Positions 1 to 13,859 of a DNA stretch of 64,000 nt are shown here, piece by piece. The position numbers and the translations under genes were made by a program. The notes under the pieces were generated by a model. That model was given only the letters and a program-made list of their open reading frames with translations, made no database searches and was not told the DNA's origin. Positions within the stretch are counted from its first letter, which is position 1; every line of letters begins with the position of its first letter. The stretch comes from Nemertoderma westbladi (lineage: Eukaryota > Animalia > Xenacoelomorpha), in NCBI GenBank assembly GCA_032718475.1, contig JAUCBJ010004224.1, positions 121,081-185,080 on the forward strand, given 5' to 3'.

Positions 1-49
1 ATATATTATATATACTGAGACTTAATTACAGAATTAAGCAGTGATTTGC

Positions 50-1985
50 CGTCGAGGATAACCCCATGAGACTATGTCTCGTTTTCATGAGGGTCCTCAC
101 TATATCAGGAAATATTAAAATCGATAAAGGTTCTATGAAGTTGATACATATAGTATTATAGTATGTTACATATGTACATTATTGCAAATAAGTTTAAGTC
201 GAATTGCAACAATTTAGGAAGAGCTTGAGTGTGATAAAATAAATAATATAAAACACAATTAGGCGAATAAATATAAATATTACTAATAACCATGACTAGT
301 ATCCGTTAAGTTAAAATATTCTGGGCATAGGAGTTTCACTCATAACTTTTAACAAGGAGTTTTCCTCCCTTCGGTTATCCCCTCCTCGTAAAATAAAATA
401 AGAACATAAATAAAATAAAAACATAAAATAAAATAAAAACGTACTGTATATACATGAAATAGGTATTATCTTAAAAACAATCTTAAAGCATAAGAGTTTA
501 TGTCATAACCTTTAGGCACATAGAGTTTTCCTCCTCGATCAGTTTGTTAAGCAAGTACGATTTAACTTTGTGTTTAAAGGTCTCAATTGTTGGGGCGTTT
601 TTTTATGTCCGATGGCAACGCATTCCATAGAACTGGTCCCTGATGAGCGAAAGATTCACAACCAACTGTTGTGCGGTGGAAGGGGACAACAGCCTGAGAA
701 ACCCCACTACGTAAACGAGCAGAGCTGTCCGAGAAGGTAACCAAGTCCTGCAGGTAGGCTGAGGATTGGTGGTAACGAATACGAAACATATGTGTTAGTA
801 TTATTTGCTGAACACGTTCCCGTATTGGTAACCAGTTTATCAAAACTAGATCCTCTATACCGATGTGGCTACGAGGTCGATGAGACAGACAATACCGTAT
901 GCATTTCCGCAATAACGCATCTGCCTGCCTTTTTAGTTGCGATGGGGCACTTATGTACCAGCAAGGGGAGGCAAAGTCAAGGTGAGGTTGAATCAAAGTA
1001 TTGACAAGAGGCCGCCGGAGCGATTGAGGGATAGATGCTGAGTTCCGATAGAGGAAGCGGAGTGTTGCATTTCCTTTACGAATAGCCTTACGAGCGGCCA
1101 TTTCACCTGACAATGATGGATCAAGAGGACATCCAAGGAAGTTAACAGTTTTTCCTGCTGGGAGACTTTTACCTTGGTAGATTACATTAAAGTTGTCAAC
1201 ATCTGAAAGTCGCTGATGAGTTCCAAAAAGCATAACCTCGAACTTTTCTGGGTGTATGCTTAAACGGTTGTTTATTGCCCATGTTGACACTTTCGATAGC
1301 TTATTTGCTAATGACTTAGCTATTTCTGCAGGATTTGTGCCAGAAGTAAGTAGGTTAGTGTCATCAACATACTTTGGCGATGGGTCTGCTTGTGTATCGA
1401 CAGCTGTGTTAAAGTCTACCAGAGGATGTGTAAGCAGTTCCATGTTACTTTCTTCTCTAGGATTGGCTAGCATTACCTTGTTGCTATCTACCACTGGTCC
1501 TATTGCTAGGTTGTGCTTGTTGCCCAAGGTCTTCTTGGAATTCGAAGGAGTATGGGTTGTGGCATCCAGTGTTTGGGTTAGAGAAGTACCTTCGATGGCG
1601 AGGTTAAAGTCGTTAATGTAGTCGAGAAACATTAGCACACCAAGAAGGGACCCTTGTGGAACACCTATATCAGTTGATAATACCTGTGATTTAGAGTTTG
1701 CAATTTGGACAAATTGACAGCGACCAGTCAAATATGAGCGGAACCATAAAACAGTAGATTGTGAAAAGCCAATACATTTAAGTTTATGAAGCAGAAGGTT
1801 ATGGTCAACTGTATCAAAAGCACGCTGGGGATCTATGGCTACCATTCCGACGAGTTTACCAGAATCCATTGCATTCTTTATATAGTTATCTAGAAATAGC
1901 AGGGAGATCTGGACAGAGTGTCCAGGCCTCGAACCCGATTGGAATTTATCAATAATTTTTGAAGAGTGGAAGATTTGAAGATTTG
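50..1985 (-). mobile_element. 5'-truncated L2/Crack-like LINE (copy A): RT, C-terminal domain and 3' UTR
   Basis: ORF 583..1998 has FQSG.RPGHS, D.QRAFDTVDH, GVPQGSLLG, YVDD and the C-terminal SF..QGP.LWN.LP motif; conserved 3' stem-loop at 56..96; 3' UTR similar to copy B (about 9900-10129). Confidence 0.9.
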
Positions 1986-1998
1986 GAACATTAAACAT
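583..1998 (-). pseudogene. Reverse transcriptase ORF2 fragment with a 78-aa linker before YVDD
   Basis: Non-LTR RT motifs in the translated ORF; the N-terminus (endonuclease) is absent. Confidence 0.85.
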
Positions 1999-2329
1999 AT
2001 AGCCTAATCTGCTACCATGCCTTGCAGCCCTGACCAGACCAGCTGATTATTTAAATGTTGGCTTGTGTTGGTTGAATTTATATTTTGTTTAATTAATTCG
2101 ATATTCCTTGACTGTCAGACTGTAAGGGTACCGGTACCAGGTACTTTTGTCTTGCAGCTGTACATGGATCTTAGCTCAGTAGCTGTACCCGTACGGTAGG
2201 CTATTGAATTGGCGTAACTAAATCTTGCAATACCCCCAATAAAATAACCTAACACTACATTCAGACATTCTGACTTGGTACTGTGGTACCGGTATGCGGT
2301 ATGGTAATAATGTCAATTTTTCAATATCG

Positions 2330-2930
2330 CGCTAGACTCCAAATTAGTAAATTTCGTTTTAGTAACCGAGTTGTTTCAATTTGGAATAATTTATCGGATG
2401 ACATAGTGAACTCTTCCAACAAAGATATTTTTACGTCTAGATTGAAGGAGGCAAATCTACTAGCTGACTAACCTAGGCCTAGGCCTATTGTAAATTTAAT
2501 CGATTGTTATAATTTTTATTTCAATATTTTTAGACAATGCTATTGAATTAGGGCCTACCCTGTATTTTGATACTGTATGTATTTTATTTTTTACACTGGA
2601 CAAGTTTTACTGGACTGCCAAGATGATTTTATTTTAATGTATGTTGTCTTACTACCGGTAGATATATTTTACTGGACTGCATAGACGTTGGAAATCAAAT
2701 TTTCTTACTGTAGGCTAATTTTATTATGTCAAATTCATTTCTTAATGTACTGATGTATGTTTTTATGTCACACTAATGTTTTACTGTACCGGTACCGGTA
2801 TATTTTTAGACTGGACTATTCATCAGTTCATGCAATATTGTTAGTTGTCGGTATTGCAGTATTGTACATGGATTAATATTAAGTTGTAGATATTTAGTGT
2901 TGTCTTTCACCTATTAGTGTTAATTTTTAA
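2330..2930 (+). mobile_element. CR1-like LINE 3' end fragment
   Basis: FRFSNRVVSIWNNL..DIV.S....F..RL is a typical CR1 ORF2 C-terminus, followed by an AT-rich 3' UTR. Confidence 0.65.
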
Positions 2931-3029
2931 CCTTGGTGATTTTCTCCCTCTATTAATAATTTTATAATATATGAGGTGTTAATAATAGTAATAATAATAA
3001 TAGTAATGGTACCACCGCCACCGTCTGAC

Positions 3030-6000
3030 CGGTCCAACGAATCTGTACAAAAAAGTACAAAATAGTACAATATAGTACAAAAGAGTACAATAAAGTGCAA
3101 AAATAGTACAAAAGAGTGCAAAAATAGTACAAAAGAGTACAAACGAGTGAGAAACGCATACAAAACGTGTATACCAGTGTAGTCTACACTACACTACTGC
3201 ACTACACTTGTATATATAAATATAATGAATTCTGTAATTGTAAGCAAATGCAACGGGACCGAAATATGCTGATATGCGCCGCTACAGTGTCAATCACTAG
3301 CGCTAGCGGCCTTGGTTCTGTGGTCAGTACGAAATGATTGACAGAACTTTGATTCATGTAGATTTTGACTGGCTTACAAGTAGAAATAGGCTACAGTTCG
3401 TATAATACAATATAATGCAATACTATGCAGTGGGTAGATAAAACTCCTATAACTGAGACTCAAAAATTAGGCCAAGTCTTAAAGTAGCCCATATACTGAA
3501 GGATAGACTGTCTGCTACTGTACATTATGTAGGCTATGTATGTCTGTATGTACGACTTGGGATTCAGACTGTCTGACTGTTACCACGGAGTCTGAAATGT
3601 CGGAAGTTCTAAGTGACACATTTTCTGCTGCGTTTATTTCTGACGACGGCATCAGTGACCCATTACCTGACCCCCCAACCTTTGAGCGTGATATTCCCCT
3701 TCTTGAGAATGTTGACGTTTCTATTGAAAATGTGATGAAGTTGTTATCTGATTTGAATCCTACCAAGTCTGCTGGCCCCGACAAACTACATAGTCGAATA
3801 CTGAAAGAGTTAACCGAGGTCATTGCAGTCCCATGTCAGTTTATATTCCAGTTGTCTTTTGATTCAGGTGTTGTTCCAGACGACTGGCGTACTGCAACTA
3901 TCAGTCCCTTGTTAAAGAAACCTCCTAAACATAACCCGGATAACTATCGTCCCATATCCCTTACTTGTATCTTGGCTAAGGTCTGTGAGAAGTTTATTCG
4001 TGATGCACTTATTTGTCATTTTGAAGGAAATAATATTTTCACTGATGCCCAGCACGGTGCTCATGCTCACCGTTCTACAGTTACACAGTTACTAGAAGTA
4101 GTGGAAGACTTCTGCAACTTTGGAGCTGATGTTGTGTATCTCGATCTAAGATGAGCCTTTGACACTGTCTCACACACCCTGCTACTGCATAAATTAGAGA
4201 GTTATGGTGTAAAGGGCAACGTTTTAGTTTGGATAGGTAACTTTCTTACTGGGCGTACCCAAACTGTTAGGGTTAATGGAGTATTAAGTGGGACTCGAAT
4301 GGTGACCAGTGGCGTTCCTCAAGGGACTGTTACTGCGCCAATATTATTCTTGATCTTCGTTAACGATGTTCCTGATATGATCACATCTTGTTGTAAGATA
4401 TTTGTAGATGATACGAAAATATACAGACAAATTTATAGTACAGACGACACCAACTTCTTGCAAGCAGACTTAAACCGGCTTGTTGAATGGGCAAACAAAT
4501 GGCACTTACAGTTTAATTTTTCAAAGTGTAAAATACTTCACCTTGGTCGTAGAAATCCATCAACGCCATACTACATGTCTAACACAGTTCTGGATGCAGT
4601 ATGCGAAGAGAAAGACCTCGGTGTTACTTTTAGTTCCAATATGTCATTCTCCGCTCATTGTTCTAATATTGCTGCTCGTGCGACACGTATTCTTAACTTA
4701 TTAAAACACACATTCACGTTTATGGAACCGATAATGTTTACCAAGTTATATAAGTCTATAATTCGTCTGCTACTCGAATATGGTACAGTTGTATGGTCAC
4801 CGTATCTTCAAAAGGATATCGAGCACATAGAACAAGTGCAACGCCGCGCAACCCGTATGGTACCTTCACTACACCATCTGTCATATGAGGAGCGTCTTCG
4901 TTCACTTAAAATACCGACACTGATTTACAGACGAGCTAGAGCGGATATGATATCAACATACAAGTTTGTTCACAAACTTGATAACGTAGACTATAGTAAC
5001 TTTTTTGAACTCAGAAGCCAGCGTCACTCATATTCGACAAGAGGTTCATCACTGACATTGTACAAACGAAACACCGCGGGTCAACATCTGTTCCACACTA
5101 ACAGTTTTGCGTCTCGTGTAATAAACTTATGGAATATGTTGGATGAGAATGTTGTTAATGCTCGAGATTTTCATGGTAATCCTAGTGTAAACTTATTTAA
5201 AAATCGTCTTGATTGTGCCATGAAGTCCAAAATGAATATTTATAGTGATATACCAGTTAGACAAGTTGCCACTGCCCAGTTTACATTCCATCGGTACTTA
5301 TATTAAATTAAATTTTACTTTTATATCATTGTAATTACAATTTTTATTTAATTAAATATCGGGTTCTTTGTTTTTAATATTTTCATATGAAGTGCACAGT
5401 ATTTTTTATTATTTTTATTATTTTTTATTTGTTTTTTATATTATTGCATACATCGAAGTTTTTACTGTATCGTTCTTAATAGAAAAATTTTAATCATAAC
5501 GTGCCAACTAAATTTTTTTTAATGTTTATTTTTTATTGCAATATGTTAAATTATCAACATTGTGATTTTTACTTACAATCTACGTCGTATAATTTTGAAC
5601 CCCACTATCTGATTATTGTTTATTTATGTTTGTAATATGTTATATGTTTGTACCTATAATGTATGTAACTTACCTGCAGTACTTCATAAAAGAAATATAC
5701 GCATATGCGTAGAATCCTTATAGATTTGCCAGTTCATTGTGTTTTATAAGAATTTATGTGCTGTATGTATTAATTTTTATTTGCATTTGGCGTATTAAAC
5801 TAAACTAAACTAAACTAAACTACGCCACGCCTCTATCTGCAACTTTATTGAGTTCACCCTCTGCAATTTTGCGGGCTTGGGCCGTTTTTTGTGTTTTTTG
5901 AACACAAAGGCTGCATTAAAACTCATTAAGATTGTATTGTAATAGGGGCCCACTCTCTGACTGCTAGACAGCTAGATCAGCCCCCGCTCAATGCATGGCT

Positions 6001-6240
6001 CGCCCCACAATCAGACAATGCTTTGTTTTATTTTGCACATCATGTGCGCCCCTCTAAACGATTTGAACTACACTTGGATACACGTTTTGCAAGCGTTTCT
6101 CACTCGTTTGTACTCTTTTGTACTATTTTTGCACTCTTTTGTACTATTTTTGCACTTTATTGTACTCTTTTGTATTCTTTTCTACTATATTGTACTATTT
6201 TGTATTTTTTTGTACTTTTTTGTACAAATTCGTCGGACCC
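3030..6240. mobile_element. Non-autonomous TIR (foldback/MULE-like) element A, containing a nested CR1
   Basis: Inverted arms at about 3030-3183 and 6067-6240 built of GTACAAAA-type subrepeats; termini CGGTCC...GGACCC; flanking 9-bp direct repeat CCGTCTGAC at 3021-3029 and 6241-6249. Confidence 0.8.
3570..5822 (+). mobile_element. 5'-truncated CR1-like LINE
   Basis: ORFs 3540..4154 and 4299..5306 share one frame (stop in YLDLR*AFDTVSH); KSAGPD, NYRPISLT, GVPQG, FVDD, VQRRATRMV motifs; (TAAAC)n tail at 5796-5822. Confidence 0.9.
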
Positions 6241-6262
6241 CCGTCTGACTGTGTATTGTGTC

Positions 6263-6969
6263 GTTGGTCTTTTTATTAACTCCAGGAAGACCAAAATTTT
6301 GACAGTTAACTTTGAAAGTCCTCAGCAAGTCTCTGATCGGATGAGCATAAGCTCAAAGGTTGGGCATGTGGACGACTTCTGTTACCTGGGATCATGGATC
6401 CGGAAGTCAGGTGAGGACCTTCGAATACGTAAGGGAAAGGCATGGGCAGCCTTGAATAGGCTTTCCAGGATTTGGAAGTCACCGAGAATTAATCGGAAAC
6501 TTAAGGTCCGATTATTTAGAGCAGCAGTAGTTCCAGTACTCCTCTACGGGAGTCCATGCTGGGCTCTAACTGCTAAGGACACCAAATCTCTGGATGGCAC
6601 ATTCACAAGAATACTACACCGGGTTCATTGTGTCAAGTACAATGCACACATCTCCAACCAGACACTATTTAACATTGGAGGTGTCTCATTGGTTCCCCCA
6701 AGCTTGACACTAGAACAAAATCGCCTCCGCTTTGCAGGACATTGCTTTCACTGTGAGGACCAGCCAGTGCATAATCTTGTACTTTGGCAGCCTCATGGAG
6801 TGAATAAGCATGGTGGACAGCCCATGACTTTCTTGAGACTTAAAGGACACTGGCCTTGAAGATGCGGATGATCTAGCAAATGTGTTCAATTTTGTTGACA
6901 AGCCGGCACAGCATTCATAAAAATGCAGCTGCAATGCAGCATGCCGATCCTAGTAGTAGTAGTAGTAGT
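6263..6969 (+). mobile_element. RTE family 1, 5'-truncated copy
   Basis: DFCYLGS, VLLYGS, RLRFAGHC motifs; nearly identical to the other family-1 copies; (TAG)n tail at about 6952-6969. Confidence 0.9.
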
Positions 6970-7139
6970 GTATCGGTCCTACTAAAAACCGCAATTTACC
7001 GGAACTAACCGCAATTTACCGCAACTAACCGCAATTTACCGCAACTAACCGCAATTTACCGCAACTAGTTGTTATTTTCAAGCAGCTGCATGGTCTAGTG
7101 AGTCTAGCAGTCTAGTGGGATGCCTACAACCAATTGCAA

Positions 7140-10129
7140 TTACGTATCGAACGTAACCGCAATTATGTTATAGTAAGAACACACTACAGTAACACTACAG
7201 TAACTAACAACATAGGTTCTAAATTTACTGAAATTACTGGACTACGCTGTATTACTATTGACAAATTTTGAAATATATACCGTTACTCGTGTTATTTGCG
7301 ACACCTGACATTGAAGAGGTGAGAGAAGATGAATACCGGCACTCAACAAAACCAACGCTTATCACAGGTTGGAACGGTTACTTCAAAATCGGCGCGACTG
7401 TCCACCGGAATACAACTTCAAAACCCAAACGCCAACAATAAACTGAAAGCGAATCGAACGTCTTCAGAAGAATCTGTCACTGGGATGAAGAAAAGGAAGC
7501 CGAAACCACGGGAATGGACCACAGCTAAGATTAAGATTGAATGCTCCCATTGTCAGAGTTCCTGGACCGAAATTGAAACACCAATTGCCGATGGGCTTGA
7601 TCTCTTAAAACAAAACTTCCTCTGCGGGGTTTGCACGGCAGAAAAGATTGAAAGTCTGGAAGCTGACAATACTCGTCCACAATTTGAAAATAGCAAACTT
7701 GAAAGACAATTAGCTTCGCAACTCCACCATCTGGTTGAGGAAAGCGAAGCACAAACCGTCGCCTTGAATGACGTGCGGGCTGATCTTGAAACACGGCTAA
7801 ACAACATAGAGATTACTACCGGTGCCGTTACTACATGTACCCGAGTCTTGGGCCAATATTGTAAAACAAAACACAGATGGCCTAAAGTTGCTACAAAGCA
7901 AGATGGTTTCAACTAACCAACAAAACCCCATCAGTCCAACTGAAACTAACAATATAGAAAGAATAATCAAGAAAACTGAACAACGCCGATTCAATAGGCT
8001 GGGGGTAGCTAGTAGACCAGCTACCCCCAGCAGACAAAACCTATCGGACGCAAGTAGAACATTTCTACACCCTAAGAGTAATCAAAGCCAATGCTTTTTC
8101 TCTATCCCCAATAGACCAAGAAACCATAACAGGTATTCTAAACGACTTAGACACATGTAAAAGCTGTGGCCCGGACAACATACCACCCATCATATTCCGT
8201 GATGGCTCCGACTTCCTCTCTGTATCCGACTTCCTCTCTGTATACATAACCAAAATCATTAACATCTCAATAGACAACTCAGTTTTCCCACTAATCTTCA
8301 AACTGGCAAAGGTGACACCCATCCATAAAAGTAAGAACAACCCAAAGAACAAATTTTAGACCAATAGCCCTCCTACAGATTATCTCAAAAGTCCTCGAAA
8401 AGGTTATATTCGACCAAGTAATGAAATACTATATCACCAACAACATCCTTGACAATTTCCAATCTGGATCTAGACCTGGTTACTCCGTACAAACATGTGC
8501 ATTATTCCTCGATAACTTTATCAAAGATGCTATGGAAAATGGAAAGTATGTTGGAATGATTGCAATTGACTTCCAAAAAGCCTTCGACACAGTCGACAGG
8601 AACCTCCTGCTTTTTAAACTACAATGCCTTGGATTCTCTCAAACTGCATTAGCATGGTTCAAATCCTACTTATCAAACCGTAGTCAATTTGTCCAGATTG
8701 GTAATACTACCTCCTCGACACGCCCATGCGACATCGGTGTCCCACAGGGAGCTGTCCTCGCAATGCTCCTCTTCATATCCTATATGAATGACTACGACTT
8801 AGGAGATGGGCTAGAAGTTAGTCACCAAAACTTTTATAAACGGGAAGCTGATCCAACCACCTATCCAGTACCTTTGGTTCTTGACACAACAACACCTACT
8901 CCCCAATACCCAACCGATAACCAATCTACCTGCCAATCAGACCCATCCCTCAAGTATGCCGACGACACCAACCTCCTTGCAACAGGCACTAATGCATCAG
9001 ATATCGCAGCCTGTTTATCTATGAAACTGCACAAAGTTTCAACATGGGCCATAAACAACCGATAAGTATACACCCTGGTAAATTCGAAGTCCTTCTATTT
9101 GGTTCACACCAAAACCTATCCAAAGTGGACAACTTTAACGTTACTTACAATGATAAAACACTCACCACCGTAAAGACCATAAACTATTTAGGCTGCCCCT
9201 TTGACCCTACATTATCAGGCGAAAGTGCAGTGCGCCGTGCGATCCGAAAAGGAAACTCGATACTCTGCTTTCTCCACCGCAATTCAAAAGCGCTTAGTAA
9301 ACCAATTCGCCGCCTTCTGTGTAATTCCCTAATCCAGCCGCACCTTGATTCCGCCGCCCCATGCTGGTACTCTAGCACAACAGTCCAACTCCGCAGACGA
9401 GTCAACGCACTCCAGAGAAAGTGCATACGTTTCTGTAACTCAATGCCCCCACGACATCACATCGGCATCGACTACTTTGTAGCAATGAACTGGTTACCAC
9501 TCCGAGAACGCGTGCAGCAAATAACACTCACGTACATGTACCGAATTTACACTGGGACCGCACCAAAGTACCTACGCGACCTGATTACGTTCTCCCAAAC
9601 ACAATCACGTCTATGACGTAGTGAGTCACACGCTGTGGTACCCTACCACAAGACTGCCACAGGCAGCGAATCATTTGCACACCAGGGTCCAAAACTTTGG
9701 AACATGCTTCCAAACGAAATCACTAAATCCCCATCACTGGAGTCCTTCAAACATAGGGTAAAAGAACACCTTTTTTCAAAACTTATTGAATCCGAGCAAT
9801 CAACTTATTTTTAACAAGTTTTTACCTTTCCACAAACTACCTATTTTAACAAACTTATTTTACTTTTTAGCAATCAATACCTAGTAATCAATTAACTTTA
9901 ATTTAAAAAGCCGCGCCCTTTTAGAACTTTGTACTAAATTTAATAATTTATATTTATCCGTCTAATTTATTTATTTTATCATACCCATGTTCATTCTAAA
10001 TTACTGCAACTTGACTTAACTCCTTTGCAATATGTACATATGTAACATACTGTACCAACATCCATAGACCCTTTACCGATTTTAATATTTCCTAATATAG
10101 CGAGGACCCTCATGAAAACGATACATAGT
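7140..10129 (+). mobile_element. L2/Crack-like LINE (copy B), internally deleted: partial ORF1 and frameshifted RT
   Basis: ORF1 pieces 7329..7995 (CSHC...FLCGVC, coiled coil, W..IV..NT..LK) resemble ORF1 at 55218..56327; RT pieces 8421..9065 and 9044..9616 with DFQKAFDTVD, GVPQG, YADD; 3' stem-loop start at 10104; endonuclease region missing. Confidence 0.88.
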
Positions 10130-10230
10130 AAATAAGCACAGTTTTTAAAATGTATTAAAAACAGTAAATAAACACAGTTTTTAAAATGTATTAAAAAGAC
10201 AACGTAACCCTTTTGATTACTAATAGATAC

Positions 10231-13200
10231 TAGGGATCGGCATGCTGCATTGCAGCTGCATTTTTAAGAATGCTGTGCCGGCTTATCGACAAAATTGCAC
10301 CGCCACAACTCCCTATCACCCATGACATTTGCTAGATCATCCGCATCTTCAAGGCCAGTGTCCTTTAAGATGCGTCTCAAGAAAGTCATGGGCTGTCCAG
10401 TCCACCATGCTTATTCACTCCATGAGGCTGCCAAAGTACAAGATTATGCACTGGTTGGTCCTCACGGCGAAAGCAATGTCCTGCAAAGCGGAGGCAATTT
10501 TGTTCTAGTGTCAAGCTTGGGGGAACCAATGAGACACCTCCAATGTTATATAGTGTCTGGTTGGAGATGTATGCATTGTACTTGACACAATGAACCCGGC
10601 GTAGCATTCTTGTGAATGTGCCATCCAGAGATTTGGTGTCCTCAGCTGTTAGAGCCCAGCATGGACTCCCATAGAGGAGTACTGGGACTACTGCTGCTCT
10701 AAATAATCGGACCTTAAGTTTCCGATTAATTCTCGGTGACTTCCAAATCCTGGAAAGCCTATTCAAGGCTGCCCATGCCTTTCCCTTACATATTCGAAGG
10801 TCCTCACCTGACTTCCGGATCCATGATCCCAGGTAACAGAAGTCGTCCATATGCTCAAGCATACCATCTTTTGAGCTTATGCTCATCCGATCAGAGACTT
10901 GCTGAGGACTTTCAAAGTTAATTGTCAAAATTTTGGTCTTTCTGGAGTTAATAAAAAGACCAACACTAGAAGCAGCATGTTCTAATGAGCTGAGGAGCCG
11001 TTGGGCTCCCTCTAGTGATTCTGAGAGTACTCCTAAGTCATCAGCAAAGTCTAGATCGGTTAGGTACTTGGCAGGATTTCATCGACTTCTGGAGCCAGTA
11101 GGTGGAGTTACCATCACCCCATCATCATTATGATGATCTAAGGACATGCGTAGAACATAGTCAACCACAATTATGAACAAGAATGGTGCAAGTGTGTCTC
11201 CCTGAAGGGCGCCCCATAACACTTCAAATGGTTCTGTGTCACCGTCAACAGTAGACAGAAATGTTGTCGAACCATCGTATACTGATCTGATTGCTGCAAT
11301 AATTTCATCAGGGAATCCCATATAATGAAAGTATGCTGAACATACGTGAGCGAGAGACTGAATCAAAGGCCTTGAAGAAGTCAACAAAGATAACAGCCAG
11401 ATGCCTGTCTTTCTTTTTTGATAACTCTTCAATTATACTTCTAAGTGCCAAAATGGGCTCCATGGTCCCATGACCTTTACGGAACCCATTCTGATTTCCA
11501 CGGAGCAGTCTCTCAATGGGATCCCTGATGTGATTTAATAGAATTCTATTGTATAGCTTTGCAGCAATCGAGATCAATGAGATTCCCCGAAAAGAACTAT
11601 AGTGTTAGGTTGCCCTTCTTGGGAACTGGCACCAACTTATTTGTTTTAATTTCTTGTGGGACTCTTGTTGTACGGTACATGTCTACTATGATGGGATAGA
11701 TGAGCTTTAAACACTCAGGTATTTTAAAGACCTCAGGGGGAACACCATCTAGTCCACTGGCACGATTGGTCTTAATGCTCTTTGCAGCAGCCTTCACTTC
11801 TGCAAAGGAGATATCACCAATGGGAATATCTGGGAGTACAGACTCAGACACTTTTAAAGTTTTTTCAAAAAACTTTTTCAAAGTGGGCCTTCCAACCATT
11901 GAGGCGATCGGCTGGTGATTCAGCCTTAACCTTGGTGGTTGGTTGGCTTTTCCGCCCAGTAAGCAAGTTGATCGATTTCCATGCCTGGGATGATTGCCTG
12001 CTGTCATCAGCATCATTGATGGCATCAACCTGTTGGTTTATTAGCTCTTGTAGATTAACAGAGTACTGCCTGTTCAGGGACCTAGATGCAGCCTTAACTG
12101 CATTCTTGGCCGCTGTAGTCTGTTTGAGTCAGGACTCTTTCTGCGCCTTATATAGGTCATTTCGGCACTTCTGGATTTTGTTGTCAGTCCAGGGGGCCCT
12201 TTTCCTGTTTCGAGGGTATACAGGAACTGTTTCTGCAGCTGCTAACTTAACTGCTTCTGTGAAGGCAGTATAGCCCTCGCAGTGGTCTGCTGCCTCAGAG
12301 GCAAGAACCTCATACCTGTTGCTCAGCTGTATTGTGAAGCTGGATCTCACACTTGGCTGTTGCAACAGAGAGGACCAGTCATGCCGCGGCAAGGCAGATT
12401 TCGTTGTTCTGCTGGCACGCAGACTAAGTCTTACCTTGGCCACAATAAGGTGGTGATCACTGGAGAAGGGTCGAAGTGTAAATGCATTACAGTCTTGTAT
12501 AGAGCTCCTGTACTTCCTACGAAACAGAATATGGTCTATCTGGGACTTGTGACCACTGGGTCCACTATGAGTCCATAGCTTTCCAGTTCTCTTCTTGAAC
12601 TGGGTTCCAGCCGAAAACAATCCATTTCCAGAGATAAAATCCTGAAGATGGACGGAATTTCGGTTGACACTATTGCTATAGACCCAGGGCGATGTAGGTG
12701 ATTGTTGCAGACTTGCATTAAAGTCTCCCAGGAATGTTAAGAATGCATGCTGATTGCTGATCCACTCCATCAGTAGCTGCTTGTAGATTCTGGTAGAAAT
12801 TTTCCACCTCCTCTACAGGGGCAACACTAGTTGGAGAGTAGCACACAATCAGAACCACCTTAGGAAACTTCTTAGCCAGTCTTCCAGAACATGAGAAGTG
12901 GCAACGGATGATCCGGTCAGAGATTTGGTCTATTTTGTCCAATGCTGCATGTGCAGTTGGATTCATCAATAGACCAATTCCACCATTGCCACTATCATCT
13001 GCTGAAGCGAGGGCGAGTCGCCAACCACCCCCCATATCCTTAATCAGAACCTCATCAGTCTGTCCAGTCTGCATTCGGTGCTCTTGAACACCCACTGCAC
13101 TAAGAGAAAGCTTATCTGCCAAGGCAGTCAGCTCACCTTGTCGCATTGGGGACCCGAGTGTTAGGGTGTTTACTGAGGCTAGTCTAGTGACTTGCCTCAG

Positions 13201-13373
13201 ATTCACCAATGGCTTTGTTGGTCGGGGTGGAACATGAGAGTAGCCCCCAACTCCAGAATCCCTCTTCCCCTCACAATCTGGCCTCCCTGGTGACCCGGGG
13301 TTTGGGCCAGAAAGGTCATCAGGAAAGGGACTCAAAGAATTGTTGGCTTCTCTCTCTCCAGTAGGGGGTGAGA
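10231..13373 (-). mobile_element. RTE family 1, near full-length but frameshifted copy (APE endonuclease + RT)
   Basis: GVQEHR, CYSPT, LGDFNA, QIDHIL, SDHH endonuclease motifs and QNGFRKG, DFFKAFDSV, QGDTLAP, DFADD RT motifs across ORFs 10386..13335; 10-bp TSD TAATAGATAC at 10221-10230 and 13374-13383. Confidence 0.93.
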
Positions 13374-13859
13374 TAATAGATACATTTTATTGATGCCGAA
13401 CGGCTTTATAATTATTGTGTTGTCGTTGTTGCTTTTATTTATACCTTACATATCTTATCCACTGTTTCCGTTTGTCCTAAATGTCTTATCACTGTATAAT
13501 AATTACAATAGTTTTTAGTAAAATTACAATAATTTTGTATAATAATAATTGCATTTATACATTTTAACTCGTATCCACTATGTTTGTTAGTCCTAAATTT
13601 TACCATAATTATGTTGTAAATATTGTAAATAGTGTTTACAATCTATTGAAGGTCATTTTATTTATCTATGTTTTTCCTATTTTTTGCTGTTTTCAGATAA
13701 AAAACATTTTCTAGGACATGTTGAACACCATGTACTGTATACTTGTTTGTTGCCGTTACCTTTTCCTACTTTATATGTTATATTTTAATGATATACTTAG
13801 TGCCTGTTTTAACTGATTTAACGTCAAATAAAAAATTCCATTCCAATTCCAATTCCTAT

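Noticed and set aside
640-653. CTGATGA-GC-GAAA hammerhead-like string
   Set aside because: No room for stem II and no stem I/III; it is the antisense of conserved LINE codons (SFAHQG).
2927-3163. Hydrophobic ORFs (also 5991..6248 and the start of 6023..6859)
   Set aside because: Translations of TIR subrepeats, not proteins.
13330-13373. HDV-like ribozyme at the 5' end of the long RTE copy
   Set aside because: The element ends about 40 nt upstream of the ORF; no nested double pseudoknot is visible.
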